This document shows, one piece after another, positions 12,743-26,011 of a stretch of DNA of 64,000 bases; position 1 is the first letter of the stretch, and each line of letters begins with the position of its first letter. The notes beneath the pieces were generated by a model. The model saw only the letters and a program-made list of their open reading frames with translations, ran no database searches and was not told the DNA's origin. Origin of the DNA: the human T2T-CHM13v2.0 reference genome, Homo sapiens; the NCBI RefSeq assembly GCF_009914755.1, contig NC_060930.1; one strand, 5' to 3'. A program made the position numbers and the translations under genes.

Positions 12743-15700
12743 GATTTTTGTACCAGGAGTGGTTCTAGAGGAACTGAATTTTAAGAATGAATTTATTTAG
12801 TTGGTTTGGGGGTTTCTGAAGTTGGCTGCTTAATCTGATTAGACCCAAAAATGCTAAGGACTTTACTTCTAATAAAATGGAGAACACTGATAGTCCTTGG
12901 CATGAACTGTTTAGAAAGTTATACAAAATAAATGCGTCTGATACTCCTGATTCACTGCTCTTGAGAGGCAAGGAGTTTGGTGACTCTATACATAATACCT
13001 TCAAACATATGTGGAGAACCAAGGAAGATAATGAAGTTGGTTAATTGCTTCTAAGTTCACTGGTCAAAGTGATGGAAAAAAAAAAAAAAAAAAACAGATG
13101 ATATCAGGGATTCTAACTCCAGGCTCCAAAAGCACATACCGAGCCTCAGATCTTCTAAGATTGTCCTGAGTGGAGAGTCTTATCTCCTGTAGACAAGGGG
13201 CAGAAATTGTGGAAACTCAGACACAAGCTCTTACCATACCAATGGCTGACCTGCAATGAAAGGTAAACGCTCAGCCTCGCCGGGTGTCTGTTGTTAAAGT
13301 GAGGGCAGTGATTGGAAAAGAATGGGACCCTGCAACTTGAAACTGGGATGTGTGGGAGGACCCTGATGAGCTGGAGACACTGAGCTTCTAAATTCTGATG
13401 ACCCTTTTTTTGACAGAGGAAACAGCCTCTCCACCCCCAGTGGTGGCAACATCCCCTCCCCCACACATGCTGCCATCAGCCTTTCCACCTTTGTTTGGGG
13501 AGATTAACCCTGTGTTGCCTGAGGCAACAGTGAGGGCCTCCCTTGAGGCAGTTGCCAGGCAAGACAACGCTTATTCTTCTCAGGACCAACACCCAACACC
13601 CCTGTTTGCTTCTATAACTATAGACTAAAGTCAACCTATGACTCAGCTAAAGTCCTGTGAGGCTCTAGAGGTGAGATTCAGAGTGTCACCCACAAGGAGG
13701 TGCAGTACACTCTGAAAGAACTGCTTGAGTTTTCTGATTTATATAAGCAGGAATCTGGAAAACAGACATGGGAATGGATATTAAGGGTGTGGAATGATGG
13801 GAGAAGGAACATAAAGTTGGATCAAACTGAATTTATTGATATGAGCCCACTAAGCAGGGATTCTGCATTTAATGTTGCAGTTCAGGGAATTAAAAAAAGG
13901 TTCTAATAGTTTATTTGCTTGGTTAGCTGAAATATGGATCAAAAAATGGCCCACTGTGAGCAAGATGGAAATGCCTGATCTCCCTTGGTTTAATGTAGAG
14001 AAAGAGATTCAAAGGCTTAGCGAGATTGGGATGGTGGAGTGGATTAGTCACTTTAGACCTACCTTATCTCAACTGGGAGCATCCAGAAGACATACCCTTC
14101 ACCAATACGTTGCAAAACAGATTTGTGAGGATCACCTGCATCCTTGAAGATCTGTGATTGCTCTTCTGTCTATGCTGGATCTTACAGTGGGAACCACAGT
14201 CACTCAATTAGAAAACTTAAACACAGTGTGAATAATTGGATCCCAAGATGGCAGGGGCCAAGTGGTGGCACTCAACCATCAAAGGCAAGGTGGGTGTAGC
14301 TACTATAATGGACAGCAGAGACAAAGCAGCAATCAGAATAGTCTAATTCATGTAGAACTCTGGCATTGACTAATTAATCACAGTATTCTTAGAAGTAAAA
14401 TTGATAGGAAGCCTTAATTCCTACTTAATTTGTATAAGCAGAAAACTTCCAGGTTGAGTAAACAAAAGACTAATTTGAATTATAAAAATAGAGAATCATG
14501 GCCCCTCAATCTATTTCCAGACTTGAACCAGTTTTCAGACCCAGAACCTTTTGAATGAAGGAGAGGCCAGGTCCCCTTGAGGAAGGACCCTGCTACACTA
14601 CTGACAATTTATACTGTTAATTTTTCTCCCATCGTACCTTGGTCTTTTATCAGGGTAACTATGCACTGGGGAAAGAGAAATGATCAGACCTCTCAGGGAC
14701 TACTGGACCCTGGCTCTGAGCTGATGTTGATTCCAGGGGATCCAAAATGTCATTGTGGTTTGCCAGTTAAAAGTACAGGCTTATGGAGGTCAGGTAATTA
14801 ATGGAGTTTTAGCTCAGCTCTGACTTACAGTGGGTCCAGTGAGTTCCCAGACTCATCCTGTGGTCATTTCCCGAGTGCCAGAATGCATAATTGGCATAGA
14901 TATACTTAGCAGCTGACAGAATCCCCACATTGGCTCCCTGACTGGTAGAGTGAGGGCTATTATGGTGAGAAAGGCCAAACGAAGCCATTAGAGTCATTAG
15001 AGCTGCCTCTACCTAGAAAAATAGTAAATCAAAAACAATATCATATCCCTGGAGGGATTGCAAAGATTAGCGCCACCATCAAGGACTTGAAAGACACAGA
15101 GGTGGTGATTCCCACCATGTCCCCGTTGAACTCTCCCATTTGGCCTGTGCAGAAGACAGACAGATCTTGGAGAATGATAGTGGATGATCGCAAGCTTATC
15201 CAAGTGGTGACTCCAAGTGCAGCTGCTGTACCACATGTAGTTTCATTGCTGGAACAAATTAACACATCTCCTGTACCTGGTATTTAGTCATTACTTTGGC
15301 AAATGCTTATTTCTCCATTCCTGTCCATAAGGCCCACCAGAAGCCATTTGCCTTCAGCAGGTAAGGCCAGCAATATACCTTCACTGTCCTACCTCATGGG
15401 TATATCAACTCTCCAACTTTGTGTCATAATCTTGTTTGCAGGGCTCGTGATCACTTTTCTCTTCCACAGGATATCACACTGGTCCGTTACATTGATGACA
15501 TTATGCTGACTGGACCCAGTGAGCAAGAAGTAGCAAACACACTGGACTTATGTACTGATCCATGGACTATAGCCAATGGTTTGGCTGGATGGTCAGGGAC
15601 TTGGAAGAAGCATGATTGAAAAATTGGTGACAAAGAAATTTAGGGAAAAGGTATTTGGATGGATCTCTCTGAGTGATCAAAAACTGGGAAGATATTTGGA

Positions 15701-15778
15701 TCCCATGTGAGTGCTCATCAATGGGTGACCTCAGCAGAGGAGGATTTTAATAATGAAATGGATAGGATGACTAATACA
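12743..15778 (+). pseudogene. HERV-L internal: disrupted gag, protease, partial RT and RNase H; integrase region absent
   Basis: Leader GTACCAGGAGTGGTTCTAGAGG after the LTR; gag peptides (WEWILRVWNDG); protease-like GLLDPGSE; [17 protein letters not shown] and YIDD (15488-15499); many stops and frameshifts. Confidence 0.92.
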
Positions 15779-15885
15779 AATGTCATGTAAAATTAAAATT
15801 AGCATTAAGTGCAAAGAGGGCAGCAAAACACATCCAGACTGTTCCTCTTCCATCAGCTGACACAAACTTCAGAAATACCAGCTGT

Positions 15886-16180
15886 GGCTGGGTGTGGTGG
15901 CTCACATCTGTAATCCCAACCTTTTGGGAGGCTGAGGCAGGCAGATCACTTAAGGTCAGGAGTTTGAGACCAGCCTGGCCAACATGATGAAATGCTGTCT
16001 CTACTAAAAATACAAAAATTAGCCAGGTGTGGTGGCGGGCACCTGTAATCCTAGCTACTCAGAAGGCTGATGCAGGAGAATCATTTGCACCCAAAGGGCA
16101 GAGGTTGCACTGAGCCAAGATCATGCCACTGCACTATAGCCTGAGTGACAGAGCAAGACTCCATCTCAAAAAAAAAAAAA
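15886..16180 (+). mobile_element. Alu (AluS-like), full length
   Basis: TSD AGAAATACCAGCTGT at 15871-15885 and 16180-16194. Confidence 0.97.
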
Positions 16181-16599
16181 GAAATACCAGCTGTGAATAA
16201 ACATGTATTTACATATTGGTTTTTTTGTTTGTTTATAATACTTAAAATATATAAACACCTTTCCCTTCTGAGAAGAAAAGATGAAAGCCTATATTTTTCA
16301 CATTATACACATGTACATACAAATACAAATATATATGTGTTTTTTAGAATTTTGGAGGCACATCATGGGATTTGGTGTAGTCTAGTTTGGTCAATTGTGA
16401 TAAGATAAGCATCTTGGGCTGGATAACACCAGACACCTTTCCTGTGTCCCTTTTATTATCTGAGTTGGCATAATAAGGTAAAGATATTAGGATTTTAAGG
16501 AGACTGTGAAAGACTATTTTATAAAATCATGGTAGAAGTTTCTCTCACTGGAGTAAACTTGGGAACTGTGACAATTTGACAATGAGCCCCTGGAACATG

Positions 16600-18900
16600 A
16601 AGGGAGATTTGTCCTTCAAATCTTATAAGAACAGTGATGGTGCATAAAGGCGATGATCCCAGACTTTTAACAAGAGGACAAGAAAAACGTGCCCCTAGTC
16701 ACCATGGAGTGTGAGGAAAGTCTCAGAGAGGAGATATCTGGAGAAGGCTCCCCTTAATCTATGTGCAAGTTCTGGGCTCACTGCAAAGCTATGCATGCCT
16801 GGGTCTGACCCAAAGCAGCCCAGCGAAGGCTGTTAGAACCAAATGACAGGATTGAATGCTCCAGGGCCCAGCTGGCCCAGCATGGTGCACACTTCAGGAG
16901 GACCTGAATAGAATAGCTAAGGCTTTGAAAATGTAACTCACTTTGGAAACACAAGCAACAGAAGGTGGATTGGGTGTATAATCTGAACCTAATTCATAGA
17001 TTGCCTGCAAAAGTTAGAAAACAAATGTACTTAAAATTTTCCAGAAACTTTTAATAGTCACCACAGTTTCTTACCAAATATTGTAAATCCCCAAAATATA
17101 ATCAGAGTTTCTTATCATAAAAATGACCAGGATAATTTCAATAATTTAACAGAAAAGACAATGAGCAGACACTAGCTCAGAGATAACCTGGATGGAATTG
17201 TCCAAAAAAGACTTGTAAAGCAGCTATTTTTACCATGTTTTATTAAGTAAGAGTGAACACTATTGAAATCAATATAATGTAGACATGCTTGCCAGAGGTA
17301 GAAATTATTAAAAAGAACCAAAATAATTAGAATAAAAAATACAATAAGTATAGTAATTTATTAAATGGGCTTTTTTGCAGAATGAAGATAGCAAAGAAAA
17401 AAGTTTGTGAAAGTTAAGATAGGCAATAGAAAATATCCAACTTAAATAGCAAACAGAAAGAAAATACTAGACAAGTGCATAAATGGCATTTCATGGACCC
17501 ATGAAATAATATCAAATATCTAATGTTCATGTTATTGAAGTCTGACAAGGAAATAAAAAAAGAAATTTTTCCAGAAAAAAACTTGAAGAAGTAATGGCTG
17601 AAAAGTTTCAAATTTGACAGATAACATAAATTTAAAGATTCAAGAGATCAGTGAACTCAGATAATGGGAGAAAATCTGCCTGGTAATGGGAGTATATAGA
17701 GAATATATAAAGAACTCTTTAATAATAAAAAGACAAATAATAATTAAAATAGGCAAGTGATCTGAATAGACCAAGAAAGATATACATGTGAACAATAAGC
17801 ATATGAAAAGGTGCTCAATGTCATTAGCCATCAAGGAAATGCAAATCAAAATCACAAAAAGATACTAATTCACCCCTATCCCCATTAAATAAGAACAGAT
17901 ATTGATGAGAATTTGGAGATAATGGAACTCTCACGCATCGCTGGCAGGAATGTAAAACAGTGAATCAACTTTGAAAAGAAATAAGAAGTTCATCAAAAGG
18001 TTAAGCGTAAAATTGCCTATGACCCATACATTTCACATCTAAGTTTGTGCCTAAAAAAATACACAAAAAAAATGTATACAAATGTTCTTAGCGTCATTAT
18101 TCACAACAGCCAAATGAGGTGGAAATAACCACAAGTGACCATCACTGGAAAATCAGAATGAGATATATCCATAAATTGCAGTATTATTTGCCAAATAAAA
18201 GTAATAAAATACTGATAAATGCTATAGCACGGATGAACACATTATGCTATAAAGAACTGCCAGAAACTGGGTAATTTATGAAGGAAAGAGGTTTAATTGA
18301 CTCAAAGTTCGGCATGGCTGGGGAGGCCTCAGGAAACTTATAATCATGGTGGAGGGAAAAGGGAAGCAAGGCACCTTCTTCACAGGCAGCAGGAAGGAGA
18401 ATGACTGAAGGAGGAACTTGCCAAATGCTTATAAAACCATGAGATCTGGTGAGAACTCATTCACTATCATGAGAATGGTATGGGGAAAATCGCCCATGAT
18501 CCAATTACCTCCACCTGGTCTCTCACCTGGTCTCTCCTTCACACATGAGGATTATGGGGATTACAGTTCAAGATGAGATTTTGGGTGAGGACACAGGCAA
18601 ACTATATCACTAAGTGAAATAAATGAGTCACAAAAGGACACAGATTATATGATTCCATTTATATACAATGTTCAGTGCAGGCACATTTATAGATACAGAA
18701 AATAGATTAGTGGTTACCTAGGGCTAGGGGTTTGGGGGAAAGAAGTGATTTTAATGGGTATGGAATTTCATTTTGAAGTTATGAAAATGGCCTACAATTG
18801 ACTGGGCAATATTCTGTGAATATACTAAGAACCATTGCATTGCATACTTTTAATGAGTGAACTGTAAAGCATGTCAATTACATAATAATAAAGCTGATAT
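16600..18900 (+). mobile_element. Old L1M: 5'/ORF1 remnant (~16600-17660) joined to ORF2 end and 3' UTR (~17660-18900), interrupted by a THE1 LTR
   Basis: A-rich ORF1-like text; CATATGAAAAGGTGCTCAATGTCATTAGCCATCAAGGAAATGCAAATCAAAA; 3' UTR GATTCCATTTATATA..AGATTAGTGGTTACC; left boundary uncertain. Confidence 0.75.
18246..18609 (-). mobile_element. THE1 solo LTR nested in L1, lacking its last ~20 bp
   Basis: GCTATAAAGAACTGCCAGAAACTGGGTAATTTAT...GGCAAACTATATCA; L1 text CATTATGCTA / CTAAGTGAAA on either side. Confidence 0.9.
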
Positions 18901-20524
18901 ACACACATACACACAATCACTGATAGAACATCAATGAGCTATATACAGGAGAGGTGCTGGGAATATGACTTTATGCATGTCAAAATGCACAGAACTGTGT
19001 GCCAAAAACTTAATTTTGCCTCATACAAAAAATAAATTCCAAAAAACTAAATAGTGCACAGAAGAATATTTTAGGTAAGTGGACAATTGATAATTCACAT
19101 AAGCAGAAGGCAACATAAAGTACAAATTTACCAATGTATGAAGTTGTACCTGATAAATCACTGTCAGTACATGTTTCAGAATAGTTTTACAATTTCATTA
19201 CCTACTTTACTGAGACATTTCTGAAACATTCAAATCTATTTTATTGAGTATTCTTAGAGTGATGAAGAGATTTTTCTTAGAACCATCCTTTTCAGCTCAT
19301 GCATTTCTCTACTGCATCTTGAGTTACAGTGTCTGCCAACAGAAAGGGCTAACTTTTCTGTGTTTTACCCAATGAAAAACAACAAAAATAAGAAATCAGT
19401 GAGACTCAGTTACCCAAAACCCATGAGCCAAAATTCAACTGGATTATTTGGTGCATATTTTGTATCACACCACTGATATGTAAACCTCTGCCCCATCCTT
19501 GGCATTTCAAAAGAAATTAAGAGGGAAATTTCCTGACTTTCCTTTAACTAAGACTTTTAAACGTTAGTGTCCTGTGTTTGTTTTTATTGTGTTTTGCTTT
19601 GCTTTTGTTTTCACTTTACATAAATATTGTCTTTGTTTTAGTTTTTAAATCAAGACTACCTGATTAACAGGAAGGCGTTTAAAAACTGTTCTTAATGCCA
19701 GCTTCATGCTATCTTATCTCTATATTATACAAAACTATGACCAAGCTAGACTAAGAAAAAGCTAATTATGTATAGGTAATTTTTGATCCTGCCTTTTCTG
19801 ATAAGTTCTGGAAACTTCTTAGTATAGATTAAGAGTATTTTTTTACTTAGACAATAAATAAGCCACCACAATTCACAGTACCAGCTTGAAGATGTGATTT
19901 GTTATTTAGCGTAAATTGAATTAAGATCAAATAAGCCTCTGCCCTGCGGATGCCTCTGATGTGACTAATTTAGGAATGCAGATAAGTGCACCCAGTCTCA
20001 GATTCTGGGAGGGCTCAGTAAGTTGATTGTTCAATATGATTCTTTGTATTTTTGAGTCTGAATGCCAAATTACTGACAAATTCTTTACATTTAAGATTCA
20101 TTTTATTCTCACCTGTCCAAACTCTCCTGAAAGTTGCTTGACTTCTCTTCAATCCAAACACTTAAACCAACAATTGAAAGATAGGCGTTGGCATGAAGAC
20201 ACTTTCATCTTTATGCTGGGCACTTAGTGGACCCTTCCAATCTGGCAAATTATGATTCAATTCTGGAAATTCTTCTTAGGGTATCTGGCAGAAGAAATTT
20301 TTCTTAAATGACTGATTTCATGATTTTCTCTACCCTCCCCTCTTTTCTTTCTTCTGTCCTTTTGGAAGGTCTGGTATTCAGATATTAAAACACCCTCACC
20401 CTGGTTCTTGAATACGCCCTTGGTTTCATCCTATTTTTCATGTCCCTGTCTTTATACATTAATTTCCACGTGCTCTTCTGTTTTTCTGCACATACTCGTT
20501 TTCGCAGTAACCGGTTCCTGTGCT

Positions 20525-20569
20525 GTATATATACACACACATACATACATACATACACATACATATATA
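20525..20569. repeat. (TA/CA/TACA)n microsatellite
   Basis: TATATATACACACACATACATACATACATACACATACATATATA. Confidence 0.9.
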
Positions 20570-20938
20570 GTCTTTCCTTATCACTTATTTGAAGTAGGAT
20601 TTTATAATGAAAATGCTTTCTTCTCCCTGGATGCTCTCTGCCTCCTCCAAGCTGTGTGTGTTTACTTTGCTGTGTGTTCCTAGCAAGAGCTGCTGCTCAT
20701 AGATACCAGGCTCTCTGCTCCTCCTGTCTAAGTCAGGGGCAAAAACTGGGGTGTGAAAGCAGATCCAGGAGAGGGGAAGGGGGCTGCAGGCCTAGCTAGG
20801 TCTCAGCTCTGTGAACTTCCCATCCTCAGGGTTTGACATTCTGCCTTCAGAGTGGGTTGGAACAAATTAGGAACCCAGGATCTGTTTTTGATGGATCCAT
20901 TTCTCAAGTCTAGAACCAGATGGTTTAGGCACTTAATT

Positions 20939-21070
20939 GGGAAGAAAAAGAGAAGGAAGGAGGGAAGAAAGAAGGGGGAGAAAAAAAGGAAGGAAGGAAG
21001 GAAGGAAGGAAGGAAGGAAGGAAGGAAGGAAGGAAGGAAGGAAAGAAGGGAGGAAGGAAAGAAGGAAGGG
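20939..21070. repeat. Polypurine tract with (GGAA)n microsatellite
   Basis: About 130 bp of pure A/G, including an uninterrupted GGAA run from ~20988 to ~21043. Confidence 0.95.
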
Positions 21071-21562
21071 CAAGGATTCAAAAGTCCACTGGGGTCTCTG
21101 AGCCATGGTTATAGTCATTGACTTGACTTCTGGAGGGTGTTCTGCTGGGCTGTCTTATCTGTCACTTAAGCAACTTCATGCCTTTGCTTTTGGCTTGAGG
21201 GAAAGGTGATCAGATGCCCAAAGAAAACTCTTCCAACCCTTTGCCTGGGTGTTGACACTTGTTTTTTATTGATTCAGCAACAAAATGAATGACGAAAGGT
21301 GTTTTAACACTAAGTGTTTAAACTTTTATTTAATCCTTTTCTTTTTTTCAATTTGGCACCACATCCTGAACAACACCTGCTATGTCAGTGCAGAGTTGCT
21401 CTATTTTGCCTTTCAGAGAAGAATTGCCTTTCTTTATGCTGGTGGTGAGGAGGCTGATGATCGATCCTGGGCCCGTCTTCTCAACAAGCCTTTGAATTTT
21501 CACATTTCCCACAGCACACTTTTCTCACACACTCCAGTGTCTCCTCCTAAAGAGCCATGGGT

Positions 21563-21804
21563 CCTGGGAATTAGGCTACTCCATGGAACTAGGTCCCTCT
21601 ATGGAATTAGGCTTCTTCGGGGAACTAGGCTCCTTCAGGGAACTAGGCCCCTCCATGGAATTAGGTCCATGGCATTAGGCCCTTCCATGAAACTAGGTCC
21701 TCCATGGAATAGGATCTCCATGGAATTAAGTTCCTCCATGGAATTAGGCCCCTCCACAGAACTAGGTCATCCATGGAACTAGGCCCCTCTATGGAACTAG
21801 GCCT
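21563..21804. repeat. 18-bp minisatellite, left block (~13 units, consensus TGGAACTAGGCCCCTCYA)
   Basis: GGAA(C/T)TAGG recurs every ~18 bp; translates as MELGPS repeats. Confidence 0.92.
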
Positions 21805-22455
21805 TGATACGGTTTGGCTGTGTCCCCACCCAAATCTCATCTTGAATTCCCACATGTTGTGGGAGGCACACATTGGGATGTAATTGAATCATGGGGGTGG
21901 GTCTTTCCTGTGCTGTTCTTGTGATAGTGAATAAGTCTCAGGAGATCTGATGATTATATAAGGGGGAGTTTCCCTGCACAAGCTCTCTTCTTTTGTCTGC
22001 CGCCATGTGAGACATGCCTTTCACCTTCTGCCATGATTGTGAGCCTCCCCAGTGACGTGGAACTGTAAGTCCGTTAAAACTCTTTCTTTTGTAAATTGGC
22101 CAGTCTTTGGTGTGTCTTTATAATCAGTGTGAAAACGGACTAATACAGTAAATTGGTACCAGTATTGTGGGGCATTACTGAAAAGATACCCAAAAACCTG
22201 GAAGTGACTGTGGAACTGGGTAACAGGCAGAGGCTGGAACAGTTAGGAGAGCTCAGAAGAAGATAGAAAAATGTGGGAAAGTTTGGAAATTTCTAGAGAC
22301 TTGTTGAATGACTTTGACCAAAATGCTGATAATGATATGGACAATGAAATGCAGGCTGAGGTGGACTCAGATGCCGATGAGCAACTTGTTAGGAAATGGA
22401 GCAAAGGTGACTCTTGTTATGTTTTACCAAAGAGACTGGCAGCATTTTGCCCCCA
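21805..22455 (+). mobile_element. Truncated THE1 (THE1B-like): LTR 21805-22147 plus first ~300 bp of internal
   Basis: TGATACGGTTTGGCTGTGTCCCC..GGACTAATACA then GTAAATTGGTACCAG; breaks off at GCATTTTGCCCC. Confidence 0.93.
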
Positions 22456-22643
22456 CCCTCCATGGAATGAGGCCCCTCTATGGAACTGGGCCCACCCATG
22501 GAACTAGGCCCCTCTATGGAATTGGGCCCCTCCATGGAATTAGGTCCCTCTGGGGAACTAGGCCCCTCTATGGAACTAAGCTCCTCTATGGAACTAGGCC
22601 CCTCCGGGGAACTAGACTCCTTTACGGAATTAGTCCCCTTCAT
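22456..22643. repeat. 18-bp minisatellite, right block (~10 units)
   Basis: Same unit as 21563-21804. Confidence 0.92.
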
Positions 22644-22959
22644 GCCTTCCCCCACTGCCAGCTCAGGATCGCATCTTCTCAGACCCGCTGAGTTGGTTAT
22701 AATTCACAAATCTGCTTTTCAGCTTGCATAACACATTGTTGCTGCTATTTCTTCTCCATTCTTGCTGTCCTTGTTGGTTTCTGTCTCTTCACATGCTCTC
22801 CGAGGGGATCAGAGAAACACACATTGTGTTCAGCATGAGGCCCATAACCAGATGTCTCCTGCCTCCCCTACTTCAGGATGAGACCCTTCTCCCATGCTCA
22901 TCCAGGCAGATAGGGGTCTTCCTGGTTCTCTTCTTTGTTCTCATCCCCACAGCTAATCT

Positions 22960-23170
22960 CACCCCAGGTCTCACCTTCCTGTTGGGACCCTCATGTCCCT
23001 CACCTCCACTCAGCTCTAGGGCCAGGCCCTGCCACTACTTATTAGACCATTGCTCTGTTTTCCTTTCTTCATTCTGGTCCTCTCGGATCCATCTTCCTAA
23101 AATACCAGTGGAATCACATCACACTCTTGTTTAACCCCCAATGACTCCATGTGGCCCTAAGGATGGAGAG
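22960..23170 (+). mobile_element. L2 fragment
   Basis: CCATCTTCCTAAAATACCAGTGGAATCACATCAC..CAATGACTCCATGTGGCCCTAAGGAT resembles L2. Confidence 0.45.
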
Positions 23171-24214
23171 CATGTGCGTGGTTTAGTCCCAAGGACATAT
23201 GAGGCTTAGCAAAGACAAATCTTGTTTCAGTTAATACAAAGCCAAGTGGGAATTCAACCTTGAAACATGCTGTGTTTTGTCAACTGTTCTACAGAGTCAG
23301 TGGGGAGCAAATAAATTACAGAAAGAGCACAGAAAGGGAAGAAAGATGCAGAAGAATCTTCCTGGCCTGCTGACAAACCTAAATCTGACCCTGACCCCTG
23401 GCAGATCATCTGGGTGAAGATACAGTATCTCCGTCTGTTTCCAACCCAAGTAGGACAGTGCAGTGATCCTGTCATTTACATAATCTTCTCTGTCCCCAAA
23501 GCAACCCCTCTGCCTGTGGAATTCATTTACAGCCTGCTCTCTATGCAATAAAGTTTCAGGAACTTACAGACTTCAATAGCTGTATTTCAGTTTAGACAAG
23601 TAAGGCGTGTGAAAGGAAGAGGAGCTGGAAGGAAGGATAGAAAAGCAAACCTTTGTGAATCATTTATAATAAGACCTGAGAGCCCTTGTTTGCTTTCACA
23701 GTTGAGTGGTCCTTTCTGGAATACCAAGGACACTGCGATGGAGCATCTCCTTGGTGGAAGGGGAGGTATCTCCCACATCAGGGAGTGTGCTCCTCCTTCT
23801 TCCTCCCCACCTCACCTGGGCTAGGAATGGGAGAGAAGCGAGTCAGCCTCCATGCAGTTTCAAGCACAGCATTCTCCAGAAAATGCTCTCAACGATGATC
23901 CCGTCACCCATGCCTCAGTGCATGAGTCCTGGTGCAGTCCTAGCTGAGCTCCCTGGTCCGTTTGTGAAGCTTTTCAAGACCTCTGTAGTCCAGAGTCACC
24001 ACTTCTTAAAACCACAGCATTACTGCTGCTGTGTGTGGGTAAAAAGTTTAACATCTTCCTGGGAAAGAATGGCACAGAGGTGGTGGAGCTTTTACCAATT
24101 CCCATGATGGAAAAACTCCCAGGCTGACTTTGTGCTGCCGATGGTATAATAACCATGTCAGAAAACTAAGGACAAATTTGTCTATCAGCCCTCTTCACTG
24201 CAGATCGAGATTGT

Positions 24215-25273
24215 TTATGTATATATGGATGTATATATGGAGACATGTATTTTAAGGAATTTGGTTTGTTGTCAGTGGAAGGTATCTGAGTTACCAGCAG
24301 TAAATCCATACAGGTTTGCAGCAACCTCAATTCTTGCCTCCTCAGAAGAAAGAATTCAACTGAGGGGCATAAGGCAGACAAAGAGACTGAGGCAAGTTTC
24401 AGAGCAGGAGTGGAAGTTTGTTTAAAACAGCTTTAGAACAGGAAATAAAGGAATATATAGTTGGAAGAGTCTCAAGTGGGCACTGAGGTCAAGTGCTATG
24501 TTTAACTTTGATCCTGGAACTTTCTAGGCTGGCCCCTTCCCATGATTCTTCCCTTAGGGTGGGCTGCTCACATGCACACTGCCCCCCTTACCCTTGGGAG
24601 GTGAGCACATGCAGTGTGTTTAGTAAGTTGTACTTGTGCCCATCTTTCTTCCCTTCTCCAGTGCCCCTGGAAGGTCACACTCCATCATTTTGTCTCTTAA
24701 TGTGTCTCCCTGGCATCTGCATTCAATTACCACGTTAGTGTAACAGGTGTGGACCATCAGGAGATGGCCTCTCCCTGCCAGCTGACTGCAAATTCATCAC
24801 TTTAGAGAGGCAATGTGGTAATTGTCGAGCCATCACCTGACATTACTATTGGGTTGGGGAAGAGCCCTCCCCTGCCCCGCTTATGCCTGTCTCACTACCT
24901 GCAATAGCTCAGGTGATTGTTGGGTCATGGAAACTGGCAAGTCTGAAATCCAGAGTTGGCCAAGAAGCTGGACATTCTGCTACGAGTTGATGTTGCGGTC
25001 CTGAGTAAATCATCTGCAGGTTGGGCCAGCAGGCAGCCTTTCTCTGCCACAGTCTGGAGGCAGAATCTCTTCTTCCCCGGGGGGACCCTGGCCTTTTCTC
25101 TCTAGGTCCTTGCTGCATAAGGTCCACCCATGCTGTGGAGAGTCATCTGCTTTCCTTAAAGTCAACTGATTTCATTGTTAATCTCACCTAAAAAACATCT
25201 TCACAGAAATATCTAGCTAGTGTTTGACCAAACAGCTGGGCCCGAGTGACACAGAAAAATCACTCAACCATCA
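24215..25273 (-). mobile_element. MLT2 (MLT2D-like) LTR interrupted by MER50
   Basis: TATTTTAAGGAATTTGG / GCTCA..CTGGCAAGTCTGAAATCC..CTTAAAGTCAACTGATT..AACCATCA. Confidence 0.75.
24267..24906 (-). mobile_element. MER50-like ERV1 solo LTR
   Basis: CAGTGGAAGGTATCTGAGTTACC..GCAGCAACCTCAATTCTTGCCTCCTCAGAAGAAAGAATTC. Confidence 0.82.
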
Positions 25274-25334
25274 AAATCACTAAAATGTCAACAAATGCCT
25301 GGAGGCTTATAGCAACAAGAGGAGTAGGCATCTG

Positions 25335-26008
25335 TGTAAGCCAAAAATAAAATTCTAAGAACACCCAACCAGCTGAATGGACTTCTTCTCTTGGCCAAGG
25401 GCATTTGAAAATAAACTGAAACACTAATTCAGGCCATGATGGGAATGAGTGGACAGAAATGCCTCACTATACTCTCCTTCCTTTGGAACTTGGGCACGGC
25501 CGACCAGCATTAACATTAAAACAGAGATCTTAAGACTGACAAAACAGATTCTTTGTAGCAATAAGACACCAACATGATAGTAGGACCTGAAATACATAAA
25601 ATTATTTTTCCCAAAAATATATTGCTTTGACATATTTTAAAATGGCCCTGAAAAGCTGTCTCTTTAAGTCTAAGAAACATTTACAATCTACTTTCTCTGA
25701 AGCCCGCTACCTGGAGGCTTCATCTGCATAATAAGAACCTTGGTCTCCACAATTCCTTATCTTAACCAGACACTCCCTTCCATTGATTCCAGGGCTTTAG
25801 ATAGACTCTTAGCCAATTGCCAATCAGAAAATCTTTGAATCTGGAAGCCCCAAGTTCTAGTTGTCCCCTAAAATGTATAAAATGAAGCTGTAGCCCAACC
25901 ATGTTCTCAGGATCTCCTGAGGGCTGTGTCATGGGCCATGGTCACTCATATTTGGCTCAGAATAAATCTCTTCACATATTTTACAGTTTGACTCTTTTCA
26001 TTGGCAAT
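25335..26008 (+). mobile_element. MER4-family LTR (5' LTR)
   Basis: TGTAAGCCAAAAATAAAATTCTAAG..TTCAGGCCATGATGGGAA..CTCAGAATAAATCTCTTC. Confidence 0.88.
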
Positions 26009-26011
26009 AAT

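Noticed and set aside
20803-21121. KEGR / PSFL repeat ORFs
   Set aside because: Translation of the (GGAA)n microsatellite
21285-22731. ORFs with MELGPS / GTRPLY repeats
   Set aside because: Translations of an 18-bp minisatellite and THE1 sequence
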